Origin: Candidatus Limnocylindria bacterium
GTDB lineage: Bacteria; Chloroflexota; Limnocylindria; QHBO01
Assembly: GCA_039917955.1 (NCBI GenBank)
Contig: JBDSIN010000143.1
Location: 1-35,589 of the forward strand
DNA length: 35,589 bases
Direction of reading: 5' to 3'
Shown one piece after another: positions 14,746-21,305 of this stretch. The notes under the pieces are model-generated. The model did no database searches. It was not told the DNA's origin and worked only from the letters and a program-made list of their open reading frames with translations. Position numbers and translations under genes: made by a program. Within the stretch, counting starts at the first letter, position 1; each line of letters opens with the position of its first letter.

Positions 14746-15203
14746 CAACCCACGTTCACGACCCCTCGATCGAGGCTCCTGACGGCGGCGGCAGCAGTTC
14801 CGCAGCCATCAGGCGACCTGACCCGGCCATCGCTCGACCGCGATGGCTCCTGCCCGCCCTCGCGGCCGTTGTGGTGGCCACGGGCCTGGTCGTCGCCGGC
14901 GTCGTCTCGGCTTCGACCGTGCTCTCGGTTGCGCTGTTCGGCGGTATGCTGCTGATGCATCTCGGGGGTCACGGCCACGGCGGGCATGGCGGGCATGGCG
15001 GGCATGGAGAGGCCGGACCCGGAGGCCACGGCGGGCACGACGAGCGAGGGGTAGTCCGCGACGAGGATCTCAGCGGGGGCTCAGGTGGCTCTCAGTCTGC
15101 GCGGCCAGGCTTCAATGACGGGCCCGATGACCGAGCCTCGGAGGATCAGAACCGCAACGAGACAACCGACCGTGACCAGCACCCTTCACACACCTGCCAC
15201 TGA
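14742..15203 (+). CDS. DUF2933-like His-rich membrane protein
   Basis: ATGA coupling to lgt. Two TM helices, then [30 protein letters not shown]. The 3' tail overlaps site S7 and the copA 5' end. Confidence 0.6.
   Translation: MTTHVHDPSIEAPDGGGSSSAAIRRPDPAIARPRWLLPALAAVVVATGLVVAGVVSASTVLSVALFGGMLLMHLGGHGHGGHGGHGGHGEAGPGGHGGHDERGVVRDEDLSGGSGGSQSARPGFNDGPDDRASEDQNRNETTDRDQHPSHTCH
15069..15095 (+). promoter_or_regulatory. Phased CTCAG box (site S7), immediately upstream of copA
   Basis: CTCAGcgggggCTCAGgtggctCTCAG, three perfect pentamers at 15069/15080/15091. Candidate copA ATGs at 15115 and 15127. Confidence 0.5.
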
Positions 15204-17307
15204 TTCCGCCGCGACCACGAGCGGCCACCACGGGGCCGCGGCCACGCATCACCCGGCGGCCGTGACTGCCCCTGCGGGCTCGCCGGCGCACGACCGCCAC
15301 GCCGAGTACCGCACGCTGATGCGCAAGTGGTGGTTCGGCGCGGCGGTCGGCGTGCCAACCATGATCCTCTCCTACCCGTGGCTCTTCCCCGGGCTGCGGG
15401 ACGCCTTCCCGCGCGGAGGCGTTGCCCTGTGGTGGCTGTGGGTCGCCATGGGCATCGCTTCGCTGGCCGTGCTGGTCTACTCGGGCGGCCAGTTCTTTAC
15501 CGGGGCCTGGGAGGCGCTCAGGCACCGCTCCGCGAATATGCACACCCTGATCGCGATCGGCACCGGAACGGCCTGGCTCTACTCGACCGTGGCCCTGCTG
15601 CTCCCGCAACTCTTCCCATCGGCCGAGATGACCGATGTCTACTACGACGTGACCGTCGTTGTCACCGCCCTGGTCGGGCTCGGCATGGCCATGGAGGTGA
15701 AGGCCCGCGGCCGGACCAGCCAGGCAATCGAGAAGTTGATCGGCCTGGCGCCCAAGATGGCACGCGTCGTCCGCGACGGGGTCGAGCTCGAGGTCCCCGT
15801 CGAGGAGGTTGTGGTCGGAGACACGGTCGTTGTGCGCCCCGGGGCGAAGATCCCGGTCGACGGCGTCATCACCGACGGGGTGTCGGCGGTCGACGAGTCG
15901 ATGATCACCGGCGAGTCGATGCCGGTCGAGAAGCGAGCCGGCGACGAGGTCATCGGAGCCACCATCAACAAGACCGGCGCCTTCCGCTTCAGGGCCACCA
16001 AGGTCGGGGCGGACACGACGCTGGCTACGATCGTGCGCATGGTCGGCGACGCGCAGGCCTCAAAGGTGCCGATCCAGCGCATCGTGGACGTCGTCTCGGG
16101 CTACTTCACGCCCGCGGTGATGATCCTCGCCGTGGCTGGCTTCGTGATCTGGTACGACTTCGGCCCGGCTCCGGCCTTCGCCTACGCCACCATCGTGGCG
16201 GTCACCAGCCTGATCATTGCCTGCCCCTGTGCCCTGGGCATGGCCACGCCCATGGCGCTGACCACCGGCGTCGGTCTGGCAGCTTCCAACGGGATCCTGA
16301 TCCGTTCCGGTGACGCCCTCCAGGCGGCCAAGCGGATCGACACCATCGTCCTCGACAAGACCGGCACCATCACCCTCGGCAAGCCCGCCGTGACCGATGT
16401 CGTCGTGGCAGACGGCTTCGAGGCCGATGCCCTGCTGGCCCTGGCGGCGGCCGCGGAGCGCGACTCCGAGCACCCGCTGGCGGCGGCGATCGTGGAAAGT
16501 GCGGCCGAGCGCGGCTTCGCCAGGCTCGAGCCGACGAGCTTCGAGGCCGTCCCCGGGTACGGTATCCGGGCGCTTCTCGGCGAGCAGCGGGTACTGGTTG
16601 GCAAGCGTGCCTTCCTGGAGGCCGAGGAGATCTCCGTTGGCGCCCTCGAGGAGGACGCATCCCGCCTGGCCGACGAGGGCAAGACGCCGGTATTCGTCGC
16701 AGTCGACGGCCGAGCCGCGGGGGTGGTTGCCATTGCCGATCCGGTGAAGCCGGACTCCCGAGGGGCGATCGCCGCCCTTCGCCGCCTTGGCCTCCAAGTC
16801 GTGATGATCACGGGCGACAACCACCGCACCGCGGACGCCATCGCGCGCCAGGTCGGGGTCGACCGGGTGCTGGCAGAAGTCCTGCCTGTAGACAAGGCTT
16901 ACGAGGTCCGCAAGCTCCAGCTCGAGGGCCGGACCGTGGCCATGGTCGGCGACGGCATCAACGACGCCCCAGCGCTGGCGCAGGCCGACGTCGGCTTCGC
17001 GATCGGCACCGGCACCGATGTCGCCATCGAGGCCTCGGATATCACCCTGATCTCCGGCAGCCTCCACGGCGTGGTCTCGGCGATCGCCATCAGTCGCGCC
17101 ACGATGCGCAACGTCTACCAGAACCTGTTCGGCGCCTTCGCTTACAACAGCCTCGGGCTGCCGGTGGCGCTCGGCGTCCTCTATCCGTTCATCGGGCTCC
17201 TGCTCAGCCCGCTCCTGGCCGCGCTGGCCATGAGCTTCAGCTCGGTGACTGTCATCTCGAATGCCAATCGGCTCAAGCACTTCAAGCTCGTGGAGGTGGC
17301 GGCATGA
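15115..17307 (+). CDS. copA: Cu(I)-translocating P1B-1-type ATPase lacking an N-terminal HMA domain
   Basis: [44 protein letters not shown] and MSFSS. The N-terminus is His-rich ([13 protein letters not shown]...HDRH) and has no GMTCxxC. Start is uncertain (15085 GTG, 15115 ATG or 15127 ATG). Confidence 0.9.
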   Translation: MTGPMTEPRRIRTATRQPTVTSTLHTPATDSAATTSGHHGAAATHHPAAVTAPAGSPAHDRHAEYRTLMRKWWFGAAVGVPTMILSYPWLFPGLRDAFPRGGVALWWLWVAMGIASLAVLVYSGGQFFTGAWEALRHRSANMHTLIAIGTGTAWLYSTVALLLPQLFPSAEMTDVYYDVTVVVTALVGLGMAMEVKARGRTSQAIEKLIGLAPKMARVVRDGVELEVPVEEVVVGDTVVVRPGAKIPVDGVITDGVSAVDESMITGESMPVEKRAGDEVIGATINKTGAFRFRATKVGADTTLATIVRMVGDAQASKVPIQRIVDVVSGYFTPAVMILAVAGFVIWYDFGPAPAFAYATIVAVTSLIIACPCALGMATPMALTTGVGLAASNGILIRSGDALQAAKRIDTIVLDKTGTITLGKPAVTDVVVADGFEADALLALAAAAERDSEHPLAAAIVESAAERGFARLEPTSFEAVPGYGIRALLGEQRVLVGKRAFLEAEEISVGALEEDASRLADEGKTPVFVAVDGRAAGVVAIADPVKPDSRGAIAALRRLGLQVVMITGDNHRTADAIARQVGVDRVLAEVLPVDKAYEVRKLQLEGRTVAMVGDGINDAPALAQADVGFAIGTGTDVAIEASDITLISGSLHGVVSAIAISRATMRNVYQNLFGAFAYNSLGLPVALGVLYPFIGLLLSPLLAALAMSFSSVTVISNANRLKHFKLVEVAA

Positions 17308-17687
17308 CGCCCGATCAGATCCTCGTTACCCTCGGCGGCCTCGCCGCCATCGGCTTCATCGCTTGGTTCTTCTGGCTGAAGCGGACACCCGGCGTGAAGG
17401 CGTCCGTCGTCTCGGACGGTTACCAGGAGCAGATGATCCTGGTCAAGGGCGGCTATACCCCGGACACCATCCGGGTCTCCGCTGGCCGCCCGGTGCGACT
17501 CCTCTTCCGCCGCGAGGAGACGGCGGCCTGCTCCGAGCAGGTCGTCCTCGCCGACTTCGGCAAGTCGGCCGCGCTGCCGACCGGGCAGGTGGTGCCGATC
17601 GAGTTCATGCCGGGCGAGCCCGGCACCCACGAGTTCACCTGCCAGATGGGCATGCTGCGCGGCCAGATCGTGGTGGAGGCAGCGTGA
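17304..17687 (+). CDS. Membrane-anchored Cupredoxin_1-domain protein
   Basis: ATGA coupling to copA. N-terminal TM helix, then [34 protein letters not shown]...[17 protein letters not shown]. Confidence 0.8.
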   Translation: MTPDQILVTLGGLAAIGFIAWFFWLKRTPGVKASVVSDGYQEQMILVKGGYTPDTIRVSAGRPVRLLFRREETAACSEQVVLADFGKSAALPTGQVVPIEFMPGEPGTHEFTCQMGMLRGQIVVEAA

Positions 17688-17947
17688 TGACCAGTTCGTC
17701 TTCGATCATCGTTCGCGACTTGACCCCCGGGCCCGCGGCACAGTGCGTCGTGTGCGGCAAGGAGATCGCCGCGGGCGAGGGCCTGACCGCGCACTACGGA
17801 GATCGCACTCTCCGTTTCAAGTGCCCTGGCTGTCTCGCCCGCTTTGAGGAAGATCCTGACCGCTTCCTGGCCCGGGAACCGGAGGCCTGCTGCGCTTACG
17901 AAGGCCACCTCGATGCGTCAGCCAGCGAGTGGATCTGCGACCGATGA
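17687..17947 (+). CDS. Small Cys-rich TRASH/zinc-ribbon-like metal-binding protein
   Basis: TGATG coupling. CVVC-x22-CPGC is close to the TRASH pattern C-x2-C-x19-22-C-x3-C. An extra EACCAYEGH lies near the C-terminus. Confidence 0.6.
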   Translation: MTSSSSIIVRDLTPGPAAQCVVCGKEIAAGEGLTAHYGDRTLRFKCPGCLARFEEDPDRFLAREPEACCAYEGHLDASASEWICDR

Positions 17948-18081
17948 GCCAATGGGCTCCGGCGAGCGGGGCGCGCGCCATGCTGACGATCTTGCTCATT
18001 CTCGACGCGTGTTGGGCAATTGCGCGCCACTCGGGACCAGAGAGGTGACGTGCGAGTTCGACTCAAGGGACGGATGAATCG

Positions 18082-18447
18082 GTGAGCATCGTGGTCCGGG
18101 CGGCCAGGACCATGGCCGCCGCACTGAGCGGCGCGGTGGGTGCCATCTCGGGCATTGCGCCCCACGTCCTGCACCACGTCGGGCCGCTGGCCGGGGCCGC
18201 CTTCCTGGCAGGCGCCGGCGGGACTATCCTATTTGGCCTCGCCGGCTTCGCCCTGTCGGTCCCGATGCTGTTGCGCCTGCGCCGACGCTTTGGCACCTGG
18301 GCCGCGCCGGCGGTCGCCAGCGCCCTGTTCACCGCCATCTACCTGGTGAGCGCGCTCGTGGTCGGTCCAGCCCTGACGGCGAATCCGATCACCGTCGATG
18401 CGCCCGCTTCGAGCCCGTCGCCCTCCGGCCACGCCGAACATCACTGA
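18082..18447 (+). CDS. Membrane protein with HVLHH and C-terminal HAEHH motifs (hypothetical)
   Basis: About 3 predicted TM helices. GTG start is uncertain (an in-frame ATG lies about 30 nt downstream). Confidence 0.5.
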   Translation: MSIVVRAARTMAAALSGAVGAISGIAPHVLHHVGPLAGAAFLAGAGGTILFGLAGFALSVPMLLRLRRRFGTWAAPAVASALFTAIYLVSALVVGPALTANPITVDAPASSPSPSGHAEHH

Positions 18448-18463
18448 ACGAGGTGGATAACCA

Positions 18464-19696
18464 GTGCCGCGACGAAAGATAGGCCGGAGGACCCGATCGA
18501 GAGGACTGCCGGGTGTGATGCCCCGCCCAGGCATGCAGCGAGTTGGCGCGAGTGGCCATCCCACCGCTGAGCGTGACGGTGCATCGGGCGAGGTCGAGGC
18601 GGAGGCGCTGTCGATTACCCACTGGTTTGCATCTGAACCGGACGGCGATTCGTACGCGGCGACCGTGCGGTTCACGGGCCGACGCATCGGGGTGTCGGGA
18701 AAACCCGGGCCGCGGGACACCTTCGTGAAGGATGAGTCCGTCGATCGCGTCGTACCGGGAAGCGGCCCGGTTTCAGTCACCACCTGGGCATACGGACTCG
18801 AGCCCGGCGAGTGGACCGTCACCGCTGGCCTCACGCGCCCCACGCCCAGCGGGCGGGCTGGTCAGTCCTCCCAGGGTCGGAAGCCACCTGGCGGCCACAC
18901 CCTCCCAACTGCGGCATGGTCCTGGACGCGCTGGGCGCTGTCGGTCGGCCAATTCGCCCCGGTGAAGACGCGGTGGGCACCGTTGGTCCGCATGACCAGG
19001 ATGCCAGCGGTCATTCCGGGCAGCTGGTCGGGCCTGATCGCCGTGGGCATCGTCGTCGGCGCGGTGGTGCAGTCAGCACTGCTGGCGCGCGCCAACGTCG
19101 CGGTTGGGCTTTCGCTGCTGGTCGACCTGATCGCGCTGGCGTCAGGCATCTTGTTGGCGAAGCTGTGGTACCTGGCCCTGCAACCGCGCACCTCGTGGCG
19201 AGAATCGATCGGCGAGGGCTGGACCATGGACGGTATCCTCTTCGCGGCCCCGGTCGTGGGCGTCGCCGCGTTGACTGCGTTCAACGTGCCGATCGGCGTC
19301 TTTCTGGATGCCAGTGCGGCTGGCCTCTTCTTTGGCGTCGCCATCGGGCGGCTGGGCTGCTTCTTCACCGGGTGCTGTGCGGGTCGCTGCACGCGCTCCC
19401 GCTGGGGCGTCTGGTCCTCGGACCGCCGTGTTGGAGCCCGCCGCATCCCGACCCAGCTCCTTGAGTCAGCAACAGGCCTGCTCATAGGTGTCGCGTCCAC
19501 GTTGTTGGTTCTTGGCTCGCCCACGCCTGCCGGCTCGGTCTTCGTGGCGGCGGTCGCAGTCTACGTCCTCGTCCGGCAGTTCCTGCTCCGACTGCGGGCT
19601 GAACCGCACAATCCAATCAGGGTGCGGGTGACGGCTGCAGTTGCGGGCCTGGTGCTTGTAGCCACTGCGGGGATGATGTTGGCCAATGCGGGCTGA
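18464..19696 (+). CDS. Divergent Lgt-family protein with about 190-aa N-terminal extension
   Basis: GTG lies 6 nt after GAGGTGG. The C-terminal half has GRLGCFFTGCCAGR...RRIPTQLLES (Lgt arm and HPTQLYE-like motifs). The WxGGLS motif is replaced by WTMDGI. Confidence 0.7.
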   Translation: MPRRKIGRRTRSRGLPGVMPRPGMQRVGASGHPTAERDGASGEVEAEALSITHWFASEPDGDSYAATVRFTGRRIGVSGKPGPRDTFVKDESVDRVVPGSGPVSVTTWAYGLEPGEWTVTAGLTRPTPSGRAGQSSQGRKPPGGHTLPTAAWSWTRWALSVGQFAPVKTRWAPLVRMTRMPAVIPGSWSGLIAVGIVVGAVVQSALLARANVAVGLSLLVDLIALASGILLAKLWYLALQPRTSWRESIGEGWTMDGILFAAPVVGVAALTAFNVPIGVFLDASAAGLFFGVAIGRLGCFFTGCCAGRCTRSRWGVWSSDRRVGARRIPTQLLESATGLLIGVASTLLVLGSPTPAGSVFVAAVAVYVLVRQFLLRLRAEPHNPIRVRVTAAVAGLVLVATAGMMLANAG

Positions 19697-20174
19697 CGGT
19701 TCGAGGCTTCGCTCGGTACGACACGGCCGGCTCCGTTGGACCATTGGCCTGATTGGCGCGGCGCTCCTGATCTTGACCCAGGCAGGTTGCGTCGGTTCGA
19801 TGGGTCCGATGGGTCCGATGGGTCCGATGCATCCCGGCATGCACGGCCCTGGCGGTGGGAGCCAAGACGATGCCCCATCGCCAGTTCCGGGAGCTCCCGA
19901 ACTGGTCGCCACGGCCACGGAGTTCGCCTTCGAACCCGGTGAGCTGCGGATTCGCGTCGGCACGACCGTCAACCTCACGCTCGTCAACCGCGGTCAGCTC
20001 TACCACGACCTGAGCATCAGCGACCTTGGATTCGTCCTTACCGCCGATCCCGGTGACACCGCCAGCGGTGCCGTGACGGTCGCCGACGTCGGCCGATTCA
20101 GGTTCGTGTGCAGCGTGCCGGGGCACGCCGAGGCGGGGATGACTGGCACCCTGGTGGTCGAGGCGGAATTCTGA
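19686..20174 (+). CDS. Met-rich cupredoxin (type-1 copper site), probable lipoprotein
   Basis: Signal peptide ending LILTQAGC. MGPMGPMGPMHPGMHGPGG tract. Copper ligands YHDL...FVCSVPGHAEAGM. Confidence 0.8.
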   Translation: MRADGSRLRSVRHGRLRWTIGLIGAALLILTQAGCVGSMGPMGPMGPMHPGMHGPGGGSQDDAPSPVPGAPELVATATEFAFEPGELRIRVGTTVNLTLVNRGQLYHDLSISDLGFVLTADPGDTASGAVTVADVGRFRFVCSVPGHAEAGMTGTLVVEAEF

Positions 20175-20190
20175 CGGGGTCCTTCGGGGA

Positions 20191-20679
20191 CTACTCGACG
20201 ACGGGATACCCGAGGGCTCGCCAGGCGTTCATCCCGCCGTCGAGGTTCCACACGTTCGTAAAGCCGGCGGCGACCAGGGTGCGGGCAGCGATGGCGCTCA
20301 TCGAGCCGCTGCGGCAGTACAGCACGATCTTGGCCCCGAGCGGGGGCAGCTCAGCCAGCCGGCCGTCCATCCGGTCGAACGGAATGAACAGGTCCGTCGG
20401 GGCAATCTCGCCGTCATACGGTATGTGGACGTTGACCAGGGTGAAGTCCTTCGCCTCAAGCATGTCGGCCAAGCGGGCGGCGGTGATGTCGAGGTAGCTG
20501 CCTCCGCCGTCCACCGGCACGCGGACGTCGGTGTCAGCCGCGGGCTGGGAACCGCAGGCGGCCAGGAGGACCGCCAGCAGCAACCCGAGCGCCGCGTTGC
20601 CGCCCGACTTCCGCGTCAGGACGCGACGATCGTGATCGTACCGACCATGCCGGCCGCGTAGTGCCCGGTCAGGTGGCAC
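20191..20679 (-). CDS. Rhodanese-domain lipoprotein
   Basis: Lipobox LLAACGS and rhodanese active-site loop VLYCRSGSMS. No ATG is available. The start is GTG at 20679 (64-nt overlap with the upstream gene) or CTG at 20619 (cCTGA overlap with the upstream stop). Confidence 0.7.
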   Translation of the reverse strand: MPPDRALRGRHGRYDHDRRVLTRKSGGNAALGLLLAVLLAACGSQPAADTDVRVPVDGGGSYLDITAARLADMLEAKDFTLVNVHIPYDGEIAPTDLFIPFDRMDGRLAELPPLGAKIVLYCRSGSMSAIAARTLVAAGFTNVWNLDGGMNAWRALGYPVVE

Positions 20680-21128
20680 CCATAGCGGATGGTGCCTGCC
20701 TGCGTGAACCGCCAGGTCAGTTCGGCCTCCTCGCCCGGGTCGAGGGTCGCTTTGTTCGGCTCGTCGTGACCCATCCCCGCCATTCCGCCGCCGGCCATGT
20801 CGGCCTCGTGCTCGTCCTGCGTCTCCTCGTCGCCGAGGGTGAAGTCGTGCGGGATTGCCCCGGCATTGGTGACCCTGAAGGTCACCGTCTCGCCAACCCT
20901 GACCTCGACCGAAGCCGGGTCGAAGCGGAATTGATCGGACATGGCGATCTCGATCACCCGGTCCGCCTCGCCCGCTTCGGCAGGCTCGCCCCAAGCGAAG
21001 GTGCCGGCATCGGCGTCACTGGCCATGGGCAGGCTGGGGCTGGCCGATGGCTGGGTGCCCGTCGAGCAGGCGGCGAGGATCAGCAGCAGACCGGTGAGCG
21101 GCACGAGGCGAGTGGCGTGTCGGTGCAT
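20616..21128 (-). CDS. Cupredoxin lipoprotein (CopI-like) with Met/His-rich insert
   Basis: ATG at 21128 after GGAG. Lipobox LILAACS. Copper ligands IPHDF...YGCHLTGHYAAGM. Insert EHEADMAGGGMAGMGHDE. Confidence 0.8.
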   Translation of the reverse strand: MHRHATRLVPLTGLLLILAACSTGTQPSASPSLPMASDADAGTFAWGEPAEAGEADRVIEIAMSDQFRFDPASVEVRVGETVTFRVTNAGAIPHDFTLGDEETQDEHEADMAGGGMAGMGHDEPNKATLDPGEEAELTWRFTQAGTIRYGCHLTGHYAAGMVGTITIVAS

Positions 21129-21175
21129 GGGGATCTCCAGGTTTGGGGTGTTATGTCCGTCGGAGCCCTGAACAG

Positions 21176-21189
21176 CTTGAACATTCAAG
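21176..21189. promoter_or_regulatory. AT-rich perfect palindrome CTTGAAcaTTCAAG (candidate operator)
   Basis: Perfect 6-2-6 inverted repeat about 50 nt upstream of the minus-strand ATG at 21128, in the 177-nt gap after copB. Confidence 0.3.
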
Positions 21190-21305
21190 GCAGATCCGGA
21201 TGGCGACCGACCAATCATCCCCCGGAATTGCCGGGGAGGCAAATGAGGTCAGGATCGGACGGCAGCGTCGTGGGGAACCATGTGGGTGACGACCGAAGGG
21301 AAAGC

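Noticed and set aside
16060-17280. Long minus-strand ORFs antisense to copA. The same pattern occurs at 21555-23255 and 21559-22857 (plus strand, antisense to copB), 26763-28001, 28002-28892, 31062-32612 and 34227-35348.
   Set aside because: All lie opposite genes with strong family signatures and translate to Arg/Pro/Gly-rich junk. They are shadow ORFs of GC-rich coding DNA.
20176-20192. Tiny GTCC-ttcgg-GGAC hairpin in the 16-nt gap between convergent genes 19686-20174 and 20191-20679.
   Set aside because: The stem is only 4-5 bp, too weak to call a terminator with confidence.
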